From the NCBI GenBank assembly GCA_051294375.1, contig CM119264.1, forward strand, positions 17,980,673 to 18,044,672: a DNA stretch of 64,000 bases, in the 5' to 3' direction. The notes beneath the pieces were generated by a model. That model searched no databases. It saw only the letters and a program-made list of their open reading frames with translations, and was not told the DNA's origin. Made by a program: the position numbers and the translations under genes. How positions within the stretch are numbered: the stretch's first letter is position 1; each line of letters opens with the position of its first letter. The stretch is from Paraspadella gotoi (lineage: Eukaryota; Animalia; Chaetognatha). Positions 1-12,568 of this stretch are shown here, in pieces.

Positions 1-2616
1 TTGTAAAAAGTAAATTGTTTAAGAGTGATTAAATATATATTTCTTCTTTCATTTGTGGAGCTTCACTAAATAAAACGTCTTCACACGTCACTGATTTATT
101 AATGATTAAGCATATTAAATTTTAATTAAAAGTTTCTTGTAATATATTTTTTTTGGGATCCCATTTTAAAGCAGATGAGCTGATAAAGTTTAAGATGATT
201 AAGGAGATTAAAAAACTTGAATTTGTACTTCGATTTCCACCTTTTGTTTCAAACAATTTTAAATGAAACAAAAATGCATTTTTTTTTCTATCCCTCCTCA
301 TCTTTGGTTTGACGCGAAGAATAATTCATGAGATTCATCAAGACTTTCTGTCTGCGAGCTTACACCCAGCTGGTTTCCTCCTCTTTTTATCCTCCTCCTC
401 ATCTTCCTCCTCATCCTCTTTTCTTCGTCTTCCTCCTCTTCTCATTCTTCTCACTCCTCTTCTCCTCCCTCCTCCTCCTCCTCCTCCTCACTCCTCCATG
501 GCACGGAGTGCTTCATCGTCGAACGCCTTTTCTACACGTCATTCCCCCTCGCTTCTTCAAAATCACGTCGTCGTCGTTGTCGTCGTCGTTGTCGTCGTCG
601 TCGACGTTGTTTTTGGTTTTCGCAATTCTCATCGTCGCCCATTGATGACAATTTCAAAGAGTCGCCTCTCGATGGAATTTTTCCCAAAAATTTCCCATCT
701 CTTTTTGCTGTCTAATTAGTAATTAATTTTTTCCTACGTATTTTTTATTCGAAGTTTTGTCATCAGTAACGTAAAAAAAATTAACGTGAGGATAACTTTT
801 TTGTTTTAAAAAATTTTCCGTAGATAGTAATGTCTATAACGTTACAAGAAAAAAATAAATACAAAGAAATGAGCAAAGATAAAAAAAAGTCCGCTGGAAA
901 CTGGGGATGCAATTTTTTCTTCCGTCTTTGCGACGTTTTTGTCAAGGACTCAATTCCGGATTTGACGTTGTAAAAAAAAAAGGAAAAATCTTCTAGACCT
1001 GACAAAAAAGGAAATAAAAAAGTTTGTACAAGATGAAAAAAATAAAGAAAAATCTCTTTGCGAAAAAAAACAACGAAAGTATACAAGGCCTGTCGCCAGA
1101 AGGAAAGCGATATTTTAGACAACCACCACGACGGGCCAAAAACACAAGAATTACGCGTAATTTTTTTTTATTTCCCCTGCTTTCTCTTCTCTCTCTCATC
1201 TCCTCTCTCTCTCTCTCTCTCTCTCGTCTCTCTCTCTCTCGTCTCCCTCTCGTCTCTCTCTCTGCATCTCTCTCTCATCGTTTCTCCTCGCTTATCGTCT
1301 TAATAATAATGAGAAGTCCCCGTGTAAATAAGGATAAAGAAATTAAAAAAAAAAATTCAATCACGGAAATTGTCTGCTGATTTCACGATTCACGCGCGAA
1401 GAGTAAATTGACTCATCGGCGCGAGTTAAAACTCGAACCTCGCGCGTCGTGATTACGGCGGCGAGAGCGAATATTCTTTTTCACTGAGGCGCGTGAGGGC
1501 TAAGAACCTCAGGCGATGGGTAGTAATATCAAGGCGCGTGAGACTCTGAGTTTTTGAGATCAGGCGTGGTGAGGCGGTGAGATCACGCGAAACGTGTAAA
1601 GAGGGACAGATTTGGATTGAGAGCTTGTCGGAAGGGAAACAAACATAATACCTATATGATTAGTCAGATCAAGCGGAGGTCGAACCCTGGTTTGTGGTTA
1701 GGTGAGAGGAGATCAAAATATTGTCTTAATATTATGCAGAGTCTGCAAAATGTAATTTTCTAAACACGTCAGATCGAAATCATTCGTGCGCTCCAGAAAA
1801 AAAAAATTATTGTGTAAAAAAAAAAATACATAGATAGTGCGTCGGCGTCCACCCTTTGTTTTCAACTACCTACGACGAGTCTTCGCCACCCCATTGCCAG
1901 TCGCCACGCCACCTCCTTCTCCACCGCCATCGCCATCGCTGCCGCAGACCGCTCCGCCGCCACCCGCCGCCGCCGTTATGGCCCTCTCGCAGCTGGAACT
2001 AATGGGGAAGAATGATTTTTTTTTCGAAGATAAAATTAATTTTCCCCTCGGAGCGATTCGCTACAGATGATTCGCTACAGAATATTTGCGACGAACGGTT
2101 CGCTACATAAGTTCTCACAAGACGCGGGAAAATACGAAACCTTCGGAAATAAAAGAGAGTGGTGATGATCTTTTTTTTTATTTTTTGAAATGATGGGCGC
2201 GCGGCTGCTAGGCCTCTCTCTTTCTCTGAATCGATCGATATGCAGTGGCGAGATAGGAAAAGAAAGGTTCAATAAAAGGCTGGAGAGAGGTAAAGTAATG
2301 TTGAGAGCCGTAGTCTAACGTCTGATTCAGGTATCTTTCGCGTCCTGTCTTGTTGAATCACGTGAACCGGGGCCAAACTCTCGCGCGCCCACTCGCTTCA
2401 CGCTCAAAGGTCACGTGATTTCGTGCGCACTCTGCGGTCGCGTCACTGAAAATCACAGATTCTGAGTTTCTGGGAGAAAAAAGAGTCGAAGGAAGGAGAC
2501 GAGGTGGGAGAAGAAGAGAGAAGAGGTTAAAACGAGGAGAATGAAAGACTGGTCCCTGAAGGAATCAAATTAGAGACTTGGCTGTGGAGTAGAGAGAGTG
2601 GGAGACGGAGCGAGAA

Positions 2617-2663
<47 letters not shown>

Positions 2664-5600
2664 AAAATATAAATCTTGCGAAAAAGAGGATCACCTGACT
2701 AAGCGCCGGTTCTAGAAAATTTAATCCGAAAAAAAAATTTAATTATTGTACAGTATAATAAAATGTAATATTTTTATATAATTTAAATTTTTTAAAATAC
2801 ATTTGAAAAAAATCTTGAAGAATAAATAATCTAGTAAGTTTGTTTTTTGTTCACCCCCATGAAATATCTACGGTTAGTAAACCTCCAAAAAATAAAAAAG
2901 ATGATAATGATAAACTTTTAAGCGCTTTATAATAATGATTAAGTTAATAGTGACGTATATTTGGCTACAAAGTAATGCTAGGGGCCACGGTTAAATTCGC
3001 CCTAAGTCCAAAATATTAAGTGTGCAAAATTCTTCTCTCTCTCTCATCTCTCTCAGTCTTCTCTCCTCTCTCGTCTCTATCTCTCTCTCGGCTCTCTCGT
3101 CTCTCCTCGGCGTCTCTCTCTCTGTCTCTTCTCTCTCTTTCAATTTAATTCTCTTACTGCCCGAAGATCATTGATCGAACGTCGGCGTTCAGATTTCTTT
3201 TTTTTTCTTCATCGCATTTTTTCTGTTTTTATATTTTTTTTTATTTCTTTCCAGATTCCCGGTCGAGATTGAATTTATAAGGAAAATGAAAATTATCTTT
3301 TTCTCTTTCCCTGATTTTTACCGAGTTTCTCGCTATTTTTTTTCCTTTTTCCTTTTTCTTTTTTCTTCCTTTTTTTTCATTTCTTCTTTCTATTTTCCCT
3401 AGAAAAAAAAGGGATGGTTTGAAAGTTGTTTTTAATGGATTCGCACGATTACGACGATAGGAGGGAAAATCAATCAGAGGATGCGGGGGAGAGGAAAGGA
3501 AAATTTACTCCCTAGAAAGAGATAAGAAAGAAAAGAATGAAAGATTTAAAAAAAAAAAGGACAGAAAAAAGAGAGGAATGAAAGAGAAAAAAACGGAGAA
3601 AATTGAAAATAAAATTGAAACAAAAGGCGGAAAATGAGAAAACGACGACGACGACAGCCGAGGCGAGAACAACAATGGAGAACGACGACAAGGAAAACAA
3701 CAAAATTGACTTTGAGGTGAACACCCGACGACGACGAAAGAAAAAAAGAGGATCTTACGACAAAGAAAAAGAAAAAAGAAGAAAAAGTGAATTGTTGGTC
3801 AGTTTCGTAGTATTCTCGAACATTTCACAGCGTGGGAGAATATTCTTTCCTCACAATCTCTCTCTCTCTCAGTCTCTCTCTCTTCTCTCTCGCTCCTCCT
3901 CTCTTCTCTCTCTCTCTCTCTCTCCTCTCTCATCTCTCTTCTCTGCTCTTACATTCTTCTAACGATTTGTCCAACATGAACGATCAGTTCTATTCATTCC
4001 AGTTTTGCCCGCTTCTCTATCGTCATCAATGTATTTCTATAATTATAAGGCAAAAAATCATCAGATTTCTCTCTTAGTTTCTTCATACAGTTTAATGTCT
4101 CGTGGTAACTTTGCATTTTGTAAAACATCGACATTGTGACGTTATGTACAAAAGCTTTTTTAGTCGCATGGAAACGTGACTCTATAAAACGCTTTTGCCT
4201 ATCATATGTTCTATCTGTTTGTTGGTGTTAATTAAGAGAAATTCAATTGATAAAATGAATAAATATTATCGCGTTTTCAGAGAAATGTAAATCAAGAAAA
4301 AGAAGCAAAGAGAAAATGAGCGGGAAGGAAAAGGAAAAAAATGATCCTAAAAAAAAGAGAAAGAATGAGGGCAACCAACCGACTACAATTTAACGTTGGA
4401 TATAGGACCTTCTTTATATACATATAATACCAACCTCATGAAATCGTTAAATAACTTAAGTTAAGTATCTTCAACTCTTTCCATCTCTACAGGCCGGACT
4501 ACTATTTTTTGCTCTAACGCTTTCCCTTTCCTCTCTCCTTCCTTCCAGCTGCGTTGGACGGCCTTCATTAATCACAGTCAGACTTCCATGATTCCTCTAA
4601 CACACGTAATTATAGCTTCCTGCCAAAAATGAAAAAGAAAAAAAAAGGAAAAGGAAGAAAAAAAAATCGTTTATTAACGTAATCGAGAAAATTACAGCAT
4701 ATAGCGATTAATAAAAAAAAACATATACCGGCCATATTTATTAACTGATTATATTACATCTTCATAATTTTGTATAGAACGCCTCTTCGGGTCTTCCCTC
4801 TCTTAACTGGATGACGTTATTTAAATAAATTTTTTTATTTAAATCCGAAATTCGCTGGTTTTCCTCTTTATTTCAACACTTTTTTATTTCTATATCTCGA
4901 TTTTCTCCCAGATTTTTTTTCAAAACGCGTGCAAAAAGACACGCAGTACGGGCGGCACGACATGCACGCCGCTTATCGACCTCTTCGGCATTGGGTTTCT
5001 CCATCGGCGTCACCGGCGTTGATTTCGCGCCGGCGTCCCACTTTGTTTACTCTTCGATTTTTCTCTCAAATTTCCGCTCTTGTCGAAAAAGTTGGTTTTT
5101 ACTTGGGAGAGATGGAGAGAGAAAGAAGACGGCAGTGAATAATGATGTGGAACAGAAACCAATAACTAAATGGGCAATCAACGTATTAAATCCATCAATG
5201 TTTTGCCTATTTTCTCATGCGCTATCTTTTTCCCATCTTCTGTATCTTCATCTTCTGTATATAGTTTTTTTTCCGCTTTTCTTCCACCTGTCATCTCGCC
5301 ATCACCTTCTGGTTTCCTCCTTTTTTACCTTCGCTGCTTTCTTCCCTCCTGATTTTTGCTGCTTGGTTCTCCAGTGTTCGTGCCAAGCTTTTTTCTCCAA
5401 GTTTAATTAAACTCACGTCTTAATAGATCTCTGGCCGATCTTCTTCCACATATCATGATTTCTACCGAATTGGAATTTTGGGCGCTTCTTATATTTCGTT
5501 CTATCTTTTCCGCATGTGTTTTCTGTTTTTTCTGTTCTGTTATACTTTATGATTTGCTAATTTCATCGACCCTCGAAAGAAATACTTTCTTTGACAATAT

Positions 5601-5718
5601 GTCTCAATTCCTTTTTCTATATCATTATTCTTCTCTCGTTTTCACTCTCAAATATCTTTCTACTATTCCCCTTCATCTCGTTCACGGCCCATTCCCCGTC
5701 GCCGCCCCTCCTTTCTCT

Positions 5719-5777
<59 letters not shown>

Positions 5778-5936
5778 ATCATCTCTCTCTCTCTCTCTCC
5801 TTCTTTCCCTTTTTCCCCCCTCTTCTTTTTACTCCGTCTCTCTCTCTCCTCCCTCTCTCCCCAGGGATCCACTGCAGCCAGGATCCATTTCCTGCGCCTC
5901 TGCTTTCGTCTAGAGGTCCTTTGCATAATCTTCCTA

Positions 5937-5977
5937 GTCACGTGACGAAAGAGTCAGAGAGAGAGAGAGAGAGAAGA

Positions 5978-6034
<57 letters not shown>

Positions 6035-6122
6035 GAGAGAGAGGCAGAAAGAATTCTTCTGGTATCCACGATGCTTCTTCGGCGACTTTTCTCTCACGTG
6101 AGAATCACGTGATCTCATGTGA
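5937..6122. promoter_or_regulatory. Cluster of MITF/TFE/USF-type E-boxes
   Basis: GTCACGTGAC 5937-5946; TCACGTGA at 6094 and 6105; TCATGTGA at 6115. Confidence 0.5.
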
Positions 6123-6912
6123 GCAAATCTTCTTGGTTCTTCAGTGATTTCGACGACGATGACAACGACGAAATTAACGAGGACAACGATGAAAGGCGAC
6201 GAGTCATGATGACGTTCTTAAATTGACAAAATGTATGAAGTGTTAAGTTAGATTTTGTAATCCATTTTTTAATTTCGTTTTTTTTTTCATAACCGTTATA
6301 TTAACAAAATATGTGATGACGATGGGATGAGACGTAATATTGATAGATAAATGAAACAATTCTGTCAACCCAGCATTTTAAATATTTTCTACTAATAAAC
6401 TTCTGGCAATAAATAATATTTGTGAATCGCAGTATGATGGAGTCTAATTTTTCTTTCACTTGACTATTTTTGAATATACCATAATTTACATTACGCTCTA
6501 CGTAGCATCGAATCTATCTTATATCAAACAAACGTGTAATGCGATCGAAAAACATCTTATTAAGTCACACAGACCTGCCGTCACTAAAAAAGGAGGTGAG
6601 AAAAAAAGTGAAGATGGAAGAGAAGGCGAGAAAAAACTCATTAAGGAAGGAAACGTCCAGTTGTCATCCTTCGCCGACGCAGCCGAGTTTGTTTTACTTC
6701 GGAATCGAAAAACGCGTCTCCTCGTAACGAAGCGAAAACGCTGAACGTCGTTACACAACTCGCGCCGGCCTTTGTGCTCGCTTCGCCGCGTCAGCGACGC
6801 GCGTCGGTCTCCGGAGGAATCGGCGGCGCCGCGGCAGCGTCCGGCGTCAGCTTCCGGTTACCTGGCGTCAACGCCGCATCTCTCTCTCTCTCATCTCTCT
6901 CTCTCTCTTTCT

Positions 6913-6946
<34 letters not shown>

Positions 6947-7738
6947 CTCTCTTCTCTCTGCTTCTCTCTCTCTTCCTCTCTCTCTCTCTCTCTCTCTCTC
7001 TCAATCGGTGGCGTCGATGACAGACGACTGTCAGAAAGCGAATTAACGCCGCAAAACCGGAAGTGGGCATCGTGGAAAGAAGAGAAAGAGAGTAGGAGAG
7101 AGATATATACTATTAAAAACAGTAAGAAGAAGAAAAAGATAAAAAAGACATGGGACTTGGTAAGTTAAAATAACATTTAATCGCAAGATCAGAGTTATTA
7201 GCTTTTCTCGACTCGAATCACAACTGGGTTTAAACATCCAAAAGTCATTTGAGACGATCATTAAAAAACAATGTATTTTTGGAGGCGTAAAATATTTTTT
7301 ATTGGGTAAAAAGAAACTGTTGTACACAAAACATTCTCTTTTTTTGCCGTAAGCATTTTACGGCAATGTAACCAAAACCAAGTTTAAGAGTCTCTCTTTC
7401 TTCTGATTTTCTCTAGTTATTTCCCTCTCTCCCAGAGGCGCCGAAGTCCGCCAACGGAGCCGGGTTAAGACCCAATTTGACCCAAACACGATGTTCTTTC
7501 TTTTCCCAACGCGTCGGGTCTTTCCTCCTTTTCTCCACTTTTTCCTTGCCTCCTTTCTTCTCTCCTCTTCCCGCTCAGCTCTTCCCCCGCTTTCTCCTTC
7601 CGCCTTCTTTCCTTTCGGGCTTTTACTTTCTCTACTGACTATCTTTTGTTTCTCTGAGAGAAAAGGATCCACTCCTGACTTCCTTTCGATATCCTATTTT
7701 GACATTTGAAGTCTCTCTCTCTCTCTCTCTCTCTCTTC

Positions 7739-7770
<32 letters not shown>

Positions 7771-7777
7771 CTCTCTC

Positions 7778-7815
<38 letters not shown>

Positions 7816-8323
7816 TTCCATCTGTCTCACTATCAAGTTTTATTGTTTCATTACGTGTCGATGACCTCGGAGCGAAAAAGTGTTGCTCATTAAACGCTTC
7901 ACGGCTTCAGTTGGTCTTGAATCCTGAATGGTCCGACGCCAAGGCTCCTTATGTCTCACGGAGTATTTTTTAAGTCGAGTTAATGCTACTTAAAGTCTTT
8001 TGATTCAGCGGTGGTTTGATAAACGACTCTTTTTTGGAGAACATAATGTCGTCTTACGCAAGCTACAGTTATTTAATATTTTTATTATTGTTATATTGTT
8101 TTTCTTTCACTCATTCAATTTTTTTTTCCCATTCTTGCTGTTGGTGCTTGCGGAATTTCACGATTACAATTGGCGAATGGCGATTCGTGTTTTAGATTCT
8201 TTTTTTAACTCCCATTATTTCCAATTAAAATTTGTCGTGAGAAAATGAGAGGAAGCGAAATTTTATCCTGCGGTCGTCATCTTCGGTTCGACCATAAATC
8301 AACGGTGAATCAGCGCTTTTTTA

Positions 8324-8367
<44 letters not shown>

Positions 8368-8633
8368 TTCATGATCCGTATTCCCCATTTCGGTCGCTTC
8401 TCGCCACGGTCGTCGTCGTCGTCATTGTCGTCTGTAGATTTCGAAATTGTTCTAATTGTTGGGGTCTTTGTGGTCACCATAGTGTACTACTTGGTCTATT
8501 TTTACTTTGATGACTAATACTAAGAAAGGGAGAAAGGGAGAAAGTGTTCGAAGACGACACGTCATCGATATTGAAAATGAGACGAAAATAAAGCCAAGGT
8601 TTGCCGAAGGCGAAGGCAGTTCGAGGCCACAGG

Positions 8634-8702
8634 TTTCGCAAATGGAGGAAGGGAGAAAGTTAAGGATGTTTCGCAAATGGAGGAAGGGAGAAAGGTAAGG
8701 AT
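8634..8702. repeat. ~35-bp tandem repeat x2; a 21-bp repeat x2 lies nearby at ~8829-8870
   Basis: GTTTCGCAAATGGAGGAAGGGAGAAAG(T/G)TAAGGAT twice; GCTGAGATGTAG(A/G)GAGTTGGG twice. Confidence 0.8.
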
Positions 8703-9806
8703 CTCCGCCGTTAGACTCACCAAATTAGCGATTAGAGTCGCCGTCGAATTGGGAAACGAGGAAAGGTGAGAAATTAGAGAAAGACGAATTGGGAGAGGGA
8801 GTGAAAGGGGCGATAGGAGTGGAAGGATGCTGAGATGTAGAGAGTTGGGGCTGAGATGTAGGGAGTTGGGGCGGCAAGAATGATGAAAAGCAGGGAAAAA
8901 CTGAAAGGAACAGAAGTTGGGAAGGTAGGAAAGAACGAGAACCTGGAACTCGAGACGATAATTAATGAGAAAAATCATTATTAATTAATCTCAGAGAGAG
9001 AGAGAGAGAGAGAGAGAGGAGGAGGAAGGAGAGAGAGAGAGAGAGAGAGAGAGAGAAGCGAAGGAAGGATCGCATTGTGACGTAAAATGATTGGCGATTG
9101 AAGAAAAGGAGATTTGGTGGGTCGGGGGAAAGAGCGGTGGCGGAGGGATGGGGTGGTTGGATCGAGGGCGTGGCAGATGTTATCTGTAGCTACGAAGATA
9201 GGAAGGGCGTTTAAAAGAGTGGGAAGAAATGTAATGGAAAAAAAAATATTTACCAATTTACCAAAATTAAAGAGCATTACGAGCCTTTGTATGGGAGGTA
9301 TGAAAAGGAAACAACCGGAAGGAAGGGGGATATGAAAGGGAGAGAGCGTGAAGAGGAAGTATAAAAGGGTCGAAGATGTAACGACGCGAAGTCAAAAAGG
9401 GTCACGACTCAAGGGTCACGCGAGAAGGAGGGGCATGGGGGGGGGGGCGGCGAACAGAATCGGGCGAGGAAATGGGAAAATGGAGCGGAAACAGGAGGAG
9501 GGGGGGAGGAAGGGCTATTGGCTTAGGGCCAAAAAGCAGAGATGAGAAGAGATGGCCTCTCGAAAAGAGAGTATGAGGCGAGGCCGACCTGCATTTCCCC
9601 TTCCTCGTTGTTGTTGTTGTTGTTAGTGGTCAACTGGTCTTCGTCAATCCCTCCTCATTATTCATTGCAATATGTTGTTATCGTCCTGTCTTATGAGATT
9701 GCCTCCTAAGCATTTTTCTTTTGTTTTTAACTTTATTTTATTCTACCAGCTTTACTATATATAGTAGTTATTTAGTTATGTAGTAATGTTTTTTAAATTT
9801 TTTTCG

Positions 9807-9944
9807 TCATTCATCGCTGCGACTATAATCATCTGTATTTTGTAGGTCAGATTGAATATTCTTTGTCCGAGTGGGACGTAAATGTTTTCCCATTTTCGTC
9901 TTTCCGATTTCTTCGCTGCCGTCGTCATAATCATGAACAACATG

Positions 9945-9979
<35 letters not shown>

Positions 9980-10179
9980 ATAGCATCATATCACATAATA
10001 CATCATCGTCGTCGTTGTCGTCGTCATCATCATCGTCTTCTTTGCTGTCGTCGTCATAATCATCATCATCATCATCGTCGTCGTCGTCATCATGCGTCTT
10101 CTCTCGCTGTCGTCGTCATAATCATCATCATCATCATCGTCGTCGTCGTCATCATCGTCTTCTTTGCTGTCGTCGTCAT

Positions 10180-10228
<49 letters not shown>

Positions 10229-10381
10229 GTCGTCGTCGTCGTCGTCGTCGTCGTCCCTCGTTTCTCGTTCTTTCTCGTCATTCGTCGTCAATTCCTCCTC
10301 CGTCCCTCGCCAAGAATTAATCGCCTCCACCGGAAGTAGTTTTACGACGAGGAATGGAGGAGTTATCGCGATCCCCATCAT
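9807..10381 (-). CDS. Hypothetical poly-Asp acidic protein (needs one frameshift correction near 10094-10105)
   Basis: Reads MMGIAITPPFLVVKLLPVEAINSWRGTEEELTTNDEKERETR-(D)n-YDDDSKE-(D)n...HDYDDGSEEIGK...DDYSRSDE-stop. An AT-rich tail follows with AATAAAATAAA near 9732-9742. Confidence 0.25.
9905..10255. repeat. Compound (TCA)n/(TCG)n minisatellite with ~60-bp higher-order unit; second copy ~13460-13830
   Basis: Recurring anchor CGTCTTCTTTGCTGTCGTCGTCATAATCATCATC separated by variable trinucleotide runs. Confidence 0.9.
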
Positions 10382-11336
10382 CGAAGCGAGGGTAAGGCCG
10401 ACGAGCGAGGGAGTTCTATCGTCGCGAAGAACGTTCTTCTTCGGGTAAGGGTAAGGGTATGGGAAGGTGAGGAGATGCGAAAGCAACGGCGAAGAGAAAA
10501 GGGTAAGTGCGGAGGAAACAATTGATCAGAATTCTCGGGGGTCAAAATTTTATGTAGCGGGAGGGATAAGATGGTCCGAGGTGATCAGGGGTGAGGGGGT
10601 GAAAAGGATCGCTAAGGGCGAGTTTGGGACCCGAAGATAGAGGACTCGACTCGGGGTGAAACTCCGCCACCAAATGGCCATCGAGATGAGTCGAGGTCGA
10701 TCGCCAAATGTACCGCGAAAAAGGATGGCGAACGCAGCGAGACGAAGGTGGCAAACGAGGGAGAAAAAAAAAGTGGCAGAGGAGAAGGAATGGCGGGAGA
10801 CGAGGAGAGAAGAGGAGGGGGGAGGGCGGGAGTAGAATGCCGCGCGAAAGACGACACGAGCCCATCTTCCGGTTTAAAACCGTCGTTACGGTACATCGCT
10901 ACGCCCAGTCACGCGCCAAGAATCGCATGTCGTCTCGGGTCGCTCGGCAACGCCGGCCTCGATGCGAGCGCTTGAGACTTGACGCGAGTCGGGTAGGTGT
11001 CAACCGCGTCAACCGTTGTCCCTCGTCAAACTAAATCAAGGTCAAATGTCCACAGTCCAATCAGACCGATGATCCCGCGCCAAATGGAAAAGTTATCCTC
11101 GAAACAGGAAATTTTTAATTCTGGCGGCGACTCGACTATATCAAATCGGTGAATCGAGAGTTTCATAAGACTTATTGCGTGTTGTTCCATGCGTAATGTT
11201 TTTGTTATTTATTTACTGATTTGGATTTTTATTGTTATTGAAAAAAGTTTAAAGAGAAATAAACGCGATGTAAGAAGAGACGTCGTTGGCGCGCGGCGTG
11301 TCGCGCAGCGTGACACAAGCGGGAAAAGCAGACGTT

Positions 11337-11392
11337 TCACGTGACGCGTCATGCGCTTACCGTGGTGAATGCCACGTGACGTGTCACGTGAC
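11337..11392. promoter_or_regulatory. Second CACGTG cluster (redundant copy at ~14921-14977)
   Basis: TCACGTGAC at 11337, CCACGTGAC at 11372, GTCACGTGAC at 11383. Confidence 0.45.
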
Positions 11393-11534
11393 GAGGTGAC
11401 TTAATTTCTGACGTCGCGGTTCGCTGCCTTCGTCGCCTGAGGGAAGGCGATTGATTAGAGGGAAGGAGAGAAAAGGGGGGGATTGTTAAGGGAAAGGGAG
11501 AGAGAGAAATAGGGAGAAGTATGTGGACGAGATT

Positions 11535-11660
11535 AGGAGAAGGAGGAGAAGAGAGAGAGAGAAGAGAGGAGAGAGAGAAAGAAGAGAAAAAGAAGAGTAG
11601 AGAGAGAGAAGAGGAGAGGAGAGAGAGGAGAGAGGAAGGACGAGAGAGAGAGAAGAGAGA

Positions 11661-11727
<67 letters not shown>

Positions 11728-11736
11728 GAAGAGAGA

Positions 11737-11826
<90 letters not shown>
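11535..11826. repeat. Long (AG)n microsatellite, representative of dozens in the window
   Basis: Directly visible. Others lie at ~2621, 5715, 5956, 6880, 7712, 15650, 18601, 19104, 25065, 43463 and 60618. Most N gaps are flanked by such tracts. Confidence 0.97.
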
Positions 11827-11828
<2 letters not shown>

Positions 11829-12532
11829 CATGGGGAATAGCTTGATCGTTCTCCCTCTTTAACTGGACAACGTGGTCCGCGAGAGTCACCGTTGCGGTCT
11901 TAGTCGTCGTCGTGGTCGTCGTCACCCTCGTCGTTGTCTTTGCCGATTGTTTATCTTTCGTTTTTCCTTTCAACGTTTGACTTCGACTGCCACGAGGTGG
12001 CGATGGCGGACTCACTGGTTTCCATGGCGATGCGTGGGGGAATACGATTAAAAATAGAGAGAAGAAGGAAGAACTTCTAACTTATTTTAAAATGATGTGT
12101 GACGCCTAAATTTATTTACGTATTATGTTACTTATTGCCGATCGTCACGAAAAAAAGAAGGAGAGGGAGCGAGAGAGAGAGAGNNNNNNNNNNNNNNNNN
12201 NNNNNNNNGGATCGCAATGGAGGAAGGGAGAAGAAGGTAAGGATCTCCGCCGTTAGACTCACCAAATGTAGCGTATAGAGTCGCCGTCGAATTGGAAACA
12301 GGAAAGGTGAGAAATTAGAGAAAGACGAATGGAGAGGGAGTGAAGAGGGGCGATAAGGAGTGGAAGGATGCTGAGATGTAGAGAGGTTGGGGCTGAGATG
12401 TAGGGAGTTGGGGCGGCAAGAATATGAAAAACAGGGAAAACGAAAGGAACAGAATTGGGAAGTAGGAAAGAACGAGAACCTTGGAACTCGAGACGATAAT
12501 TAATGAGAAAAATCATTATTAATTAAATCTCC

Positions 12533-12568
<36 letters not shown>

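Noticed and set aside
9905-10255. Repeat-spacer look of the anchor-plus-variable units (CRISPR-like)
   Set aside because: The 'spacers' are trinucleotide runs, the context is eukaryotic and there are no cas genes.
9863-10339. His/Arg-rich or Ile/Val-rich + strand ORF
   Set aside because: An alternative frame of the same repeat that switches composition at the indel; the flanks give no support.
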